DNA of 64,000 nucleotides. It comes from an uncultured Nitrososphaerota archaeon. Its GTDB lineage: Archaea > Thermoproteota > Nitrososphaeria > Nitrososphaerales > Gagatemarchaeaceae. The stretch covers positions 1,472,001 through 1,536,000 of the forward strand of contig OY969807.1 of NCBI GenBank assembly GCA_963703285.1, given 5' to 3'. Shown here in pieces: positions 10,160-19,252 of this stretch; the first letter of the stretch is position 1; each line of letters starts with the position of its first letter. The notes below the pieces were generated by a model that had not been told where the DNA came from, did no database searches, and was given only the letters and a program-made list of their open reading frames with translations. The position numbers and the translations under genes were made by a program.

Positions 10160-10494
10160 GGTCTCGACCGCCTGCCCCTGTTTCTGACCCCAGTCCCTGA
10201 GAGTAATCGTGCGGACGTAGACCGGATCGGGGGAAGTCTGACTCTTGGCGTTGAGGAAACCCGGCAACGCGGCGTACATCGGGGCGAGGACCGAGGTACC
10301 GAAGGTATAGTTCGCGTAGCCACCGACGAAGCTCTCCTCTGGCGAGTCTTCAGAACAGTGGGCACCCTCGGTGCAGCTCGACATGAGGTGTTCGGCGCTC
10401 CGCCCCCTAATTAAGGGAATCAGACGGGCGTGCGTCACGGCGACCTGCCCCGACGGCTCTGCGGTCCTAAAATACCGCGGCGAGATTTGTCCGC

Positions 10495-10956
10495 GTGGAG
10501 GAGTACTACAGGAAGAAGGCGCGCGAGTATGAGGAACTCTACCGCCGTACCGACCTCGGACGAAAGGAGGAGCTGGAGAGGATCTCCCGAGCGCTCCGGA
10601 AGAAGCTGAGGGGAAGGGACGTCCTAGCCGACTTCTACACCAAGGTCATCGGGATGAAGACGGTCGGGAAGGGGACGATGCCGCACGGAGGGAAGTACGT
10701 CCACCTGCGCGGAAAGGGGTCGAAGCAGACGCTCGAACTCAACTGGTACCCGCAGGGCTCCAGGTTCTTCTCGGAGTACAGGCAGGGGGAGGAGCTGGAC
10801 CACCTGGCGTTCGTGGTGAAGGACGTGAAGAAGGCGTACAAGGAGCTCCTAGGCAAGGGGGCCGAGCCTGCGGTCACCCCCAGGGAGTCAAAGGGTACCG
10901 AGGTCTACGTCAAAGACCCCGACGGGATCTGGATCGAGCTCCTGTCGTCCAGTTAG
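10495..10956 (+). CDS. VOC/glyoxalase family protein with an apparently chimeric N-terminus
   Basis: DFYTKVIGM..LELNWY..LDHLAFVVKDV..YVKDPDGIWIEL; first ~44 aa resemble a methyltransferase N-terminus. Confidence 0.8.
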   Translation: MEEYYRKKAREYEELYRRTDLGRKEELERISRALRKKLRGRDVLADFYTKVIGMKTVGKGTMPHGGKYVHLRGKGSKQTLELNWYPQGSRFFSEYRQGEELDHLAFVVKDVKKAYKELLGKGAEPAVTPRESKGTEVYVKDPDGIWIELLSSS

Positions 10957-11024
10957 GGACGCCGAATCGGATGAAGCTCGCGAGGCCTCCGCGTGGATAA
11001 ATACGACTCCCTCCAAGACTCCTC

Positions 11025-11486
11025 GTGCCTCCGGGATGGAAGGTAACCACACCGCGAGATGACTCTGAGTATTTCGAGCGTATGTCGAAGGCGCTCTTCT
11101 CGGCCGGCCTGAACTGGAAGATGATAGACAAGAAGTGGCCCAACTTCAGAACGGCCTTCGCGGACTTCTCTCCAGGCGTGGTGGCGAAAATCTCCGAGAG
11201 CCAGGTGAGGGAGCTGATGAAGGACACCGGCATAGTCAGGAATGAGAAGAAGATACGCGCGACGGTCCGCAACGCAAGGACAATCCTCGAGATCGAGAAG
11301 GAGCACGGCTCCTTCAAGAAGTACCTGAACTCGTTCGGGAAGCACGAGGAGAGGCTGCAGACGGACCTGCAGGAACGTTTCCAGCACCTCGGTCCCTCTT
11401 CATCAAGGATGTTCCTGTGGTCTGTGGGATATCCCCTGGCCCCGAACAAGGAAGAAAAGGAGTGGCTGGCGAGCCACAAATCCTAG
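11025..11486 (+). CDS. tag: DNA-3-methyladenine glycosylase I family protein
   Basis: FE..SK..F.AGLNW..I..KW..FR.AF..F and GIVRNEKKIRATV.NA. Confidence 0.85.
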   Translation: MPPGWKVTTPRDDSEYFERMSKALFSAGLNWKMIDKKWPNFRTAFADFSPGVVAKISESQVRELMKDTGIVRNEKKIRATVRNARTILEIEKEHGSFKKYLNSFGKHEERLQTDLQERFQHLGPSSSRMFLWSVGYPLAPNKEEKEWLASHKS

Positions 11487-11492
11487 CGGGAT

Positions 11493-12059
11493 CTACTCCA
11501 GGTCCATTGTCATTACGATGGCGTCGATGACCTTAGGTCCACGGCGTACCTTTCCCTTTAGGAGACCTGCCCGCTTGAAGCCGACCTTCCGATACAGCGC
11601 CTGGGCCCGCGGGTTCGTGGAGAACACCTCGAGTTGCAGCGTCTTCAGCCCAGCGTCCCTGCTGAGCTCGATGAGTGACCTGAGCATCTCCGTGCCCATG
11701 CCGATCCCTCTGTAGCCTTTGGCCAGGGCGATGCCCAGCCTGCCGTTCGCGCTGATGTCGTCAACTTCTCCCCGGATGACCTCGGAGTTCCCGACTACCC
11801 TCCCGTCGACCTCGGCGACCACGCTGATCTCCTTCCCCTGCTCGATTCTGACCAGCTTCTTCGCGAGCCAGCCCGCTTGCTCGTCCCTTGTCACGGGCTT
11901 GCTCAGCGTCACTCCAAAGTCGCTGTTCTCCTCGTGCTCCGCGACCAGGCCATTGGCGAACTCCACCAGGTTGTCAAGGTCTTCCCACCTTGCGGCGCGG
12001 AGCGTGACTCTCCTCCCCTCTTTGGTAAGGAAGCTCCTGTACACCCGACCCGCTTTCAC
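11493..12059 (-). CDS. GNAT family N-acetyltransferase
   Basis: VAEVDGRVVG, YRGIGMGT, LEVFSTNPRAQALYRKVGF; start placed outside the IS. Confidence 0.9.
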   Translation of the reverse strand: MKAGRVYRSFLTKEGRRVTLRAARWEDLDNLVEFANGLVAEHEENSDFGVTLSKPVTRDEQAGWLAKKLVRIEQGKEISVVAEVDGRVVGNSEVIRGEVDDISANGRLGIALAKGYRGIGMGTEMLRSLIELSRDAGLKTLQLEVFSTNPRAQALYRKVGFKRAGLLKGKVRRGPKVIDAIVMTMDLE

Positions 12060-12104
12060 TGGCAAGGGACCCCGCTGAGGTTGGCAGGATTGAAATCTGT
12101 TTTG

Positions 12105-12119
12105 TAAACCCTGTCCAAC
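12105..12119. repeat. Target-site duplication, left copy (TAAACCCTGTCCAAC)
   Basis: Identical to 13161..13175. Confidence 0.92.
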
Positions 12120-13160
12120 TCTGTTATCCTGAAATTGGTTCACCCCCTTGCCATCAAGATTAGAGCGAGGTGGGTATGGAACAGGGGAAGACGCTTCTAC
12201 GTCTACATGAAGCTCGATCCCATCAAAGTAGCGTGGATCGTCAGGCAGAAGGAGGACGGGATGAGGAACTCCGCGATAGCGAGCTCGATGGGGGTCTCGG
12301 TGAGGAGGGTCCAGGAGCTCTACGCGTCCTATCGCACGACAGGTGCGATACCAGAGCTGAAGAGGCCGGGAAGGAAGCGCGTCGAGGCGACTGAACAAGA
12401 GTCGAAGGTCGTCGCAGAGGCCTACGCAAGGCACAGGGCGGGAGCGGTCGTCCTCGAGCGCGTCATCGAGGTTAACTACGCGACGCACATACCTCACAAC
12501 CGCATCCACAGGGTGATGAGGTCGATGGGACTCGCGAGGGACGAACCGAGGAAGCAGAGGAGGAGGAAGTGGGTACGATACGAGAGGAAGTACTCGAACT
12601 CGCTCTGGCACACGGACTGGACCCTCATCGAGGGTATGGGATGGCTCATCGCATACCTTGACGATGCCTCAAGGTTCATCGTCGGGTACGGGTTGTTCCC
12701 CGAGGCGACGTCGGAGCACGCCGTGGAGGTGCTGAAGGAAGCCATCAAGAAGCACGGGAAGCCCGCCTCGATCCTCACGGACAGGGGAATACAGTTCTAC
12801 GCCGTGGAGGCTGGCGACAGGCTGAGGGGGCTGACGGCGTTCGAGAAGTACCTCATCGAGAGCGAGATCAGGCAGGTCCTATCGAGGGTGTCACACCCGC
12901 AGACCAACGGGAAGGTGGAACGTTTCTTCAGGACGGTCAAGGACAAGCGCCGATTCTTCGGCAGCATCGACGAGCTGATGGAGTGGTACAACGTGACGAG
13001 ACCGCACATGTCGCTGAACCTGGACGTCATCGAGACCCCTTACCAGGCATACCTGAGGAAGATGCCCGACAAGGAAGGGATGGTGACGGACGAGGAATCG
13101 GGAGAGACATACCATGCCCAGAAGAGCTAGAAAGGGGCGAACTCATTTCGGGATAGCACA
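12120..13160 (+). mobile_element. IS481-family insertion sequence, 1041 bp
   Basis: Imperfect 30-bp terminal inverted repeats (23/30 match by eye), flanked by a perfect 15-bp direct repeat, single DDE transposase. Confidence 0.92.
12207..13130 (+). CDS. IS481-family DDE transposase
   Basis: N-terminal HTH, LWHTD, LDDASR, ILTDRG, HPQTNGKVERF, WYN..RPH. Confidence 0.95.
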   Translation: MKLDPIKVAWIVRQKEDGMRNSAIASSMGVSVRRVQELYASYRTTGAIPELKRPGRKRVEATEQESKVVAEAYARHRAGAVVLERVIEVNYATHIPHNRIHRVMRSMGLARDEPRKQRRRKWVRYERKYSNSLWHTDWTLIEGMGWLIAYLDDASRFIVGYGLFPEATSEHAVEVLKEAIKKHGKPASILTDRGIQFYAVEAGDRLRGLTAFEKYLIESEIRQVLSRVSHPQTNGKVERFFRTVKDKRRFFGSIDELMEWYNVTRPHMSLNLDVIETPYQAYLRKMPDKEGMVTDEESGETYHAQKS

Positions 13161-13175
13161 TAAACCCTGTCCAAC
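13161..13175. repeat. Target-site duplication, right copy
   Basis: Identical to 12105..12119. Confidence 0.92.
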
Positions 13176-13232
13176 GGCTACCGCCCATACCCTAATCCTG
13201 GTGGAAATCACGAGAACCGTTAAAACCTGCGT

Positions 13233-13784
13233 TTGGACGTGCTCGGACACTTGCTTCCCCTTGGAAAGCCTGCCCCCAACTTCGAGAATCTTCTCTCGAC
13301 CGACGGGAAGCGATACTCGTTGGAGTCGTTCAGCGACAAGCGCGTGCTCGTGGTCATCTTCTCGTGCAACCACTGCCCGTACCTCAAGGACTACGAGGGA
13401 AGGATGGTCGAGATACAGCGGGACTACTCTCCAAAGGGTGTCCAGCTGGTCGCGATAAACGCGAACGACGACAAGACCTACCCCGAGGACAGCTACCCGG
13501 AGATGGTCAAGAGGGCGAAGCAGAGGGGATTCAACTTCGTCTATCTGAGAGACGACGGTCAGCAAATCATCGACGACTACGGCGCCGCCTGCACGCCGCA
13601 CGTCTTCCTCTTCGACCAGTCGAGACTCCTCCGTTACAGGGGTCGGATTGATGATTCGAGGGACGCGTCCAAGGTGAGGAGCCCGGACCTTCGGAACGCG
13701 ATTGAGGACGTCCTCAGCGGAGTCCCGGTGCGTGTTCCCGACACGAGACCCTTCGGATGCAGCATCAAGTTCTACCAGGAGTAG
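13233..13784 (+). CDS. Thioredoxin/AhpC-TSA family protein
   Basis: FSCNHCPY, AINAND, GAACTPHVF, YRGRIDD, GCSIK. Confidence 0.9.
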   Translation: MDVLGHLLPLGKPAPNFENLLSTDGKRYSLESFSDKRVLVVIFSCNHCPYLKDYEGRMVEIQRDYSPKGVQLVAINANDDKTYPEDSYPEMVKRAKQRGFNFVYLRDDGQQIIDDYGAACTPHVFLFDQSRLLRYRGRIDDSRDASKVRSPDLRNAIEDVLSGVPVRVPDTRPFGCSIKFYQE

Positions 13785-13859
13785 CTCGGGAAAGCCGCTC
13801 CCTACTGGTCCTTTCCCTACAACGCTTAAATCGATTCGGGGTCATGAAGGGCTCGAAGA

Positions 13860-15050
13860 ATGTCGGACCAGCTCCAGCAGCTGCAGACCGAGGACTGGGC
13901 GCTCTTCCTGAGCACCGTTCTCGGCTCCGCCGGCATGGTCGCGACGAGCAACCCGAACTACATGCTCTATGGCCTGACGGTGGGCGCGGCGAGCAAGGCG
14001 CTGATGTCCCTCGGGACGAACTGGAGGAGCGCGGAGGACTGGATACTCTTCGGGGCCACTTTCTCCGGCGCGCTCGGAGCATCCCTCAGCAGCAACATGG
14101 ACTACATGACCTACGGCCTCGTCCTCGCTTCGGTTGGAAAGGCGCTTCCATCCCTGGCGCAGCGGCACGGAAGCGTGGAAGACTGGCTGCTCCTCGTGAT
14201 TCCGGCGGGCACCTTCGCGATATCGCTGTTCGTGGCGAACCTCGGGCCGGCGAACCTCGGCCTGTTCTTCGGGATGCTCGGCAAGTCCTTGACGAGCACG
14301 AACCCGGTGTCGTCCACGCCGTCACAGCCGCCCGCAGTCAGCGGGCCTCCTTCAGGGCTGGCCGGCAACCGCAACTACATACTCTGGGACAACTGCAGCC
14401 CCCTGGTCAACCCGTCGGTCACGTTCACGGCGGGCTCCGACCTGAATGCGAACGGCAACTGGGACCTCCAGGTCAACGCCTATGCGCCCTCGGGCACCGA
14501 CGCCTACATGCAGTTCGTGATCGCGGTGACGACCTCCGGCGAGGTCCAGTGGTCGATCGAGAACTGGCCCATCTCCGGCAACAACTTGTTCAACACCTGC
14601 GACCAGCACCTGTTTCAGCTCCCGTCCGGCTTCCTGCCCAAGGGGTACGGCATCGGCCTGAAGATGAACACCGACCCCGCGACGAACAACGTCACCTCCC
14701 TCGTGTTCAGCGTCAGCGACTCGAGCGGGTCTCTCGCCGCGAGCAAGAGCGTCCCGCTGGATTCCACGCTCCCAATCTGCAGTGGGAGCTGGAAGAGCTC
14801 CTACCTGTCACAGGTCATCGGTTTCGAGCCCAACATCGTGGGGTACAATGGCGGCGTTGCGGTGACGTTCCCGTCCGGGTGCACCGGCACGCTCCAGTGC
14901 TCCGCGGGGGCCATCTCAGCCACCTCCTCGATCCCGTCGTGCGCCGAGACCAAGGCGGGGACGGTGGAGAACTCGAACATGGGCTACTCCGCGGCGGTCC
15001 AGACTTCCCCCTCCCTGGTCAAGATAGCTGCAACCGCTTACCAGACTTGA
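13860..15050 (+). CDS. Hypothetical protein: three tandem membrane-hairpin repeats plus an extracellular-type beta-rich domain
   Basis: Three EDW..L....GK(A/S)L repeats, S/P linker, S/T/N/G-rich domain with six Cys. Confidence 0.8.
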   Translation: MSDQLQQLQTEDWALFLSTVLGSAGMVATSNPNYMLYGLTVGAASKALMSLGTNWRSAEDWILFGATFSGALGASLSSNMDYMTYGLVLASVGKALPSLAQRHGSVEDWLLLVIPAGTFAISLFVANLGPANLGLFFGMLGKSLTSTNPVSSTPSQPPAVSGPPSGLAGNRNYILWDNCSPLVNPSVTFTAGSDLNANGNWDLQVNAYAPSGTDAYMQFVIAVTTSGEVQWSIENWPISGNNLFNTCDQHLFQLPSGFLPKGYGIGLKMNTDPATNNVTSLVFSVSDSSGSLAASKSVPLDSTLPICSGSWKSSYLSQVIGFEPNIVGYNGGVAVTFPSGCTGTLQCSAGAISATSSIPSCAETKAGTVENSNMGYSAAVQTSPSLVKIAATAYQT

Positions 15051-15141
15051 GGCGCGAGCGGACTAGCTTCAAGCCGGGCATCGTCGATCAGCCACAATCC
15101 CACGAGAACGTTTGAATAGGCTCTGACCCCGTATCGCAGCG

Positions 15142-15975
15142 TTGCCTCTGGTCTATGCCTGCATCGCCCCGCACGGCGACGAGATAGTCCCGGAACTCGT
15201 CGGAAGAAAGGGGACCTTCGCCGCGAAGACCAACGAAGGCATGAAGAAACTCGCCGGCGAGATGAAGCAGACCAGGCCTGAGACCATAGTGGTGGCCACC
15301 CCTCACAACCTGAGGCTGCAGGGGAGAATTGGCGTCGTCACCGCCGAGAACTCGTCCGGCAAGGTGGGTACAGGCGAACGGTCGATATCCCTGACGGCGC
15401 GCTGCGACGTCGAGATGGCTTCGGGGATCATCTCGTCTGCGGAGGAGGCGAAGATCCCCGTCGTCGGCGCGAACTACGGCACCTCGTCCGGTCCCCTCTC
15501 GAATCTGGCGATGGACTGGGGGACGCTCATCCCGCTCTGGTTCTTCCTCAAACTGAACCGGCTCAGGAGCAAGATCGTAATCGTTACGCCGTCCCGCGAG
15601 ATACCGCTGAGGCAGAACTACAAGTTCGGGGCCGAGGTGGCGGAGTATGCCGAGAGAAGCGAGAGGCGCGTCGCCTTCGTCGCGAGCTCAGACCAGGCCC
15701 ACGCGCACTCAAGGAGCGGGCCGTACGGGTACTCCCGCGACGCGGCCGTGTATGACAGGAAGGTCGTGAAGGCGGTCGAGGAGAACAGGCTTGCGGACAT
15801 ACTCAGGTTCGACCCTTCGCTCGTGGACAACGCCAAGCCCGACAGCCTCTGGCAGATGACGATGCTCGCCGGCGCGCTGGAGAGGGTCGAGATGGCCGGG
15901 AACCTGTACTCCTACGAGGTCCCCACGTACTTCGGTATGCTGTGCGCAGGTTACACCAGGGCACGCTCAGGGTGA
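15142..15975 (+). CDS. Class III extradiol dioxygenase (LigB)/MEMO-like protein
   Basis: IAPHG, VATPH, MDWGTLIPL, ASSDQAHAH, SYEVPTYFG. Confidence 0.85.
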   Translation: MPLVYACIAPHGDEIVPELVGRKGTFAAKTNEGMKKLAGEMKQTRPETIVVATPHNLRLQGRIGVVTAENSSGKVGTGERSISLTARCDVEMASGIISSAEEAKIPVVGANYGTSSGPLSNLAMDWGTLIPLWFFLKLNRLRSKIVIVTPSREIPLRQNYKFGAEVAEYAERSERRVAFVASSDQAHAHSRSGPYGYSRDAAVYDRKVVKAVEENRLADILRFDPSLVDNAKPDSLWQMTMLAGALERVEMAGNLYSYEVPTYFGMLCAGYTRARSG

Positions 15976-16041
15976 GGACTTCGGCGGGAGACGGTGGACG
16001 ACCCGTAAGACCTGTAAAGTCCTCCGACCTCGGCTTTTCTC

Positions 16042-16275
16042 GTGGACTCGAAGGCGCCCGGCGAGGAGTTCATCGAACTGGGTCTGCTGTTCATCGTCAC
16101 CGGCATCGCCGCCGTCCTCTTCATCGCGATCGTGATGTTTCTCTTGCTGAGAGAGTCGTGGGTCCAGTCCAGCTGGATAATCGCAGTCGTCACCGGGTCT
16201 ATCCTCTCAGCCCTCGGGGTTCTCGTCTTCAGGCTTGCTCGGAGACTTCGCTGGTTCCTCGCTCACCTGGAGTGA
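16042..16275 (+). CDS. Small membrane protein
   Basis: Two hydrophobic helices. Confidence 0.6.
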   Translation: MDSKAPGEEFIELGLLFIVTGIAAVLFIAIVMFLLLRESWVQSSWIIAVVTGSILSALGVLVFRLARRLRWFLAHLE

Positions 16276-16309
16276 GGAGCGCGTCGTCCTTCGTGAGGGC
16301 ACCGGGCTA

Positions 16310-17194
16310 TCATTTCATCCAGTCGCCCAGCCTCCGTGCGATCTCAAGCTTGTAGTCCTCCTCACCCGCCACGTAGGGATAGAGGACAGGGGAGTCCACG
16401 CCGCCTTCCCTGAAACGTCCCAGCAACTCGAGCAGGCTCTCCCGGTCGGGGTTGGCAATCGAGATCTGCGAGACTTCGCCAACATCGCGCTTGGAGACTT
16501 CGCCCCTGTTGCTGAGACGAGCGAGTGTCTGAGACAATCCCATAGCGCCGAACATGGCGTGATATTGAGGGATCGAGTTGTAGTTGGCAAACTCGTCGGC
16601 TAGCATCCGGCTCGCTTCGTCGTCGTCGTGCGCGAAGAAGAGCTTCACATAGCACGCGATCTGGAAGCCCTCCTTCTTCCTCCCTGCCCGCGATACGACG
16701 CTGGACGCGTAGCTCGGGGAGCAGAAGTTCAGGAGAACTCCGTCGGCGTTCTCAAACGCGGCCTCCACCATCCTTGGACCGAGCGCCGCGAAGTAGAGCG
16801 GAGTCGGCCGGGCGTTCGGATAACCCGCCCTCAGTTTCCTGGTGAGGCCGACAAGCTGGCTCAGAGCCTCGCGACCCCGCAGGTGGCCTGTGCCCACCCC
16901 GAGGATGAACCTGTTCCGTGAGCCCTGGTCGAGCGTCTCGATGCGGCCTGCGAGCTGTTCGAGGTTGTACTCGGCCAGCCTTATAACGCCGGTCCCTGCC
17001 TTCAGTCGTGTGGAGGCGCCCAGTGAGAGGGCGCACATCTCGACGGAATCGAACCGCCCGCCGACCGACGGGAACCACACGGCGGAGAAGCTGGAATCCA
17101 GCTCGGGGACGAGGCTAGGTATCAGGCTCGGCGGGAAGACCGTCGAGCGGAGCGCGATGCCGACGTCGGCTTTCAAGAGGGTGTGTTGCTCCAA
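16310..17194 (-). CDS. LLM-class flavin-dependent oxidoreductase
   Basis: GTGVI, RFILGVGTG, LYFAALGPRM...ADGVLLN. Confidence 0.85.
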   Translation of the reverse strand: MEQHTLLKADVGIALRSTVFPPSLIPSLVPELDSSFSAVWFPSVGGRFDSVEMCALSLGASTRLKAGTGVIRLAEYNLEQLAGRIETLDQGSRNRFILGVGTGHLRGREALSQLVGLTRKLRAGYPNARPTPLYFAALGPRMVEAAFENADGVLLNFCSPSYASSVVSRAGRKKEGFQIACYVKLFFAHDDDEASRMLADEFANYNSIPQYHAMFGAMGLSQTLARLSNRGEVSKRDVGEVSQISIANPDRESLLELLGRFREGGVDSPVLYPYVAGEEDYKLEIARRLGDWMK

Positions 17195-17336
17195 GGCCGG
17201 CTTTAACTCTTGAGAGGCCGCACATTGCTAGTATGCACCGTTCCTAGATCATGCACGAGAGCTCTCCGAGCCGCTGAGCGATTTACGTCTGCAGAGACGA
17301 AAGCATTTAACGCCGGGCTGATGTCCAAGCCAGTCG

Positions 17337-17567
17337 ATGAGAAAGGCATTCGTCCTGTTAAATGCCAACATGGGTTCGGAGCCTGAGCTGGAGTCCGAGT
17401 TGAGGAAGGTCGAGGGCGTAATCGGGGTCTATCAGGTCTATGGCGTATACGACTTGGTGATCGAGGTCGAAGCCGCCTCTGACCAGGATCTCAAGAGCAT
17501 CATCTTCTCGAAGATCCGCACCCTCAAGAACGTACGGTCCACCCTCACGCTCAACACGGTCGCCTGA
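17337..17567 (+). CDS. Lrp/AsnC ligand-binding domain protein
   Basis: KAFVLLN, VYGVYDLVIEVEA, IRTLKNVRSTLTL. Confidence 0.92.
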   Translation: MRKAFVLLNANMGSEPELESELRKVEGVIGVYQVYGVYDLVIEVEAASDQDLKSIIFSKIRTLKNVRSTLTLNTVA

Positions 17568-17603
17568 CTGGACGCCAGGGGCAGGACGGAGGATCCCGGT
17601 CCG

Positions 17604-17900
17604 TCAGCGGCCCAGAGACTCTTCGCCCATCTCCTTGAGGAAGCCCTTCATCCTGAAGTATGTGTCGAGGAACTCTAGCCCCCTGGGCGTGGCCACGTAG
17701 AACACGTCCTCCTCGTCCATCGACCTGCGGGCCAGGCCGTAGGACGAGAGCCTCTCGACCAGCAGCTTCAGCCTGTCGACGGGCACGCCGACCCCGTAGG
17801 AGAGCCTCGTTATCCTGATGCCCTCGGGGTAGTGGGTGATCACCTCGAGTATCTGGGCGTACAGCTCCATCTTCGAGCGTTTGGAGTTCCTGCGCCCCAT
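17604..17900 (-). CDS. Winged helix-turn-helix regulator (archaeal type)
   Basis: RSKMELYAQIL..ITRLSY..YVATPRGLEFL. Confidence 0.85.
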   Translation of the reverse strand: MGRRNSKRSKMELYAQILEVITHYPEGIRITRLSYGVGVPVDRLKLLVERLSSYGLARRSMDEEDVFYVATPRGLEFLDTYFRMKGFLKEMGEESLGR

Positions 17901-17912
17901 CAGGTGACCATC

Positions 17913-19157
17913 CTAGAGGGGCGGCTCCGGCAGCCTGTCCGCTTTTACCGGCGGGTCGTGCAGGTATTGCTTGCTCGCCATATTGAGGACCTTGGTGTAT
18001 GTGACTTGGTAGACCGTGCTGCCCTCCTTCAGCTCGACGACTTCGCCGAAGACGCGCCTTGCGCTCGAGTTCTGTCCAATCCTGACCGTCCCCCCGTGCA
18101 CATCTTCGACGGTGGTCATCCTCCCGACGGCGCTCCTCCACCACGGTAACCCCCACATGCTCCCGAAGTCCGTCTCTCTTCCGACCTCTATCTCGCCTCC
18201 GACGAGCGGGCCGGTTACCTTCGAGCCCCTGCCGATCAGCACTGACTGTGCCTTCAGCCCCGCCTGGGTGTTCACCTCGCCGGCGATGTCCGCGTGCCCG
18301 CCGGCGGAGACGCGTTCAGCGACGAGCTTGCCGAGGACCCCCAGGGTCTCGCACTCGACCGGTCCACGGGAATCCATCGTGCCATAGACCCTGAGCCTCT
18401 TGGAGACCTTGAGGGACCCGGAGACGTCGAGCTTCCCCTTCACCTCGATGTTGTCCGCCGTGCAATCGCCCCTGATTCGGGCCGTCCCGCTCACGTCGAG
18501 CTCCTTGCAGGACGCGTCGCCCTTGAACTCCACCGTCCCTAGCGCCGAGAGCCGCTGTCCACCGCTGCCGGCGGGGAGCGTCAGGCTGCCGAAGACCTCG
18601 ACCTCTCCGAAGGTGAGCCTCTTCGAGGTCCTCAGGTGGCCCCTCACCTTGACCTCACCCGAGATGGTTCCTCCCTCAATCTCGGCGTGTCCTCCCACCC
18701 GCAGGTTGACAAGGTCGACCCCGCCCCGGACCCTCATGTGCCCACCGACGTCGGCCGACTCCGCCTTCAGGGCGCCCTCGACCGTCATGTGACCCCCGAC
18801 CCTGACCCTCTTCGAGGTCAGGGAGCGCGATTGGAAGTGACCGCTCACGTCAAGGTCCTCCGACTCTACCTCTCCGTCGACCCTAGCCGTCGCGTTGATG
18901 TCGGCCCGGCCGTGGACCGTCAGCTTGCCCCTGATTGTGACGTTCCCTCCTGGGCCGTAGCCGCGCCCCTCCACCCTCATGGTCTGGCACTCGAAGTCGC
19001 AGTCGATGGTCACGGCACCATCGAAGGTCGCCCCTCCTGTAACGACCACCTTCCCCCCGGACTCGGCCTTGATCGTGGCGCCGCGGCCTGCCCTCAGCTC
19101 CCCTTCGACTCTGCCGAGCTTGGCCGTCGCGCCCACGCTGACTTCGCTCTCGGCCAT
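17913..19157 (-). CDS. Bactofilin-like / polymer-forming cytoskeletal beta-helix repeat protein
   Basis: Many ~16-17-aa G/V-rich repeats (xVGGHxxVxGxL). Confidence 0.75.
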   Translation of the reverse strand: MAESEVSVGATAKLGRVEGELRAGRGATIKAESGGKVVVTGGATFDGAVTIDCDFECQTMRVEGRGYGPGGNVTIRGKLTVHGRADINATARVDGEVESEDLDVSGHFQSRSLTSKRVRVGGHMTVEGALKAESADVGGHMRVRGGVDLVNLRVGGHAEIEGGTISGEVKVRGHLRTSKRLTFGEVEVFGSLTLPAGSGGQRLSALGTVEFKGDASCKELDVSGTARIRGDCTADNIEVKGKLDVSGSLKVSKRLRVYGTMDSRGPVECETLGVLGKLVAERVSAGGHADIAGEVNTQAGLKAQSVLIGRGSKVTGPLVGGEIEVGRETDFGSMWGLPWWRSAVGRMTTVEDVHGGTVRIGQNSSARRVFGEVVELKEGSTVYQVTYTKVLNMASKQYLHDPPVKADRLPEPPL

Positions 19158-19252
19158 GGTCACTCGCTGCCTCCCGGGACGTAAAAGGTTGGCTCACTTG
19201 TTGTTACCGGACGCCCCACCGCCGATGGTCGTTTCATCGTCTCCATCTCCCC

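Noticed and set aside
10250-10330. Minus-strand FGTSVLAPMYAALPGFLNA, reminiscent of a subtilase/sedolisin catalytic-Ser segment
   Set aside because: Too short, no other peptidase motifs nearby; may be a remnant or chance.
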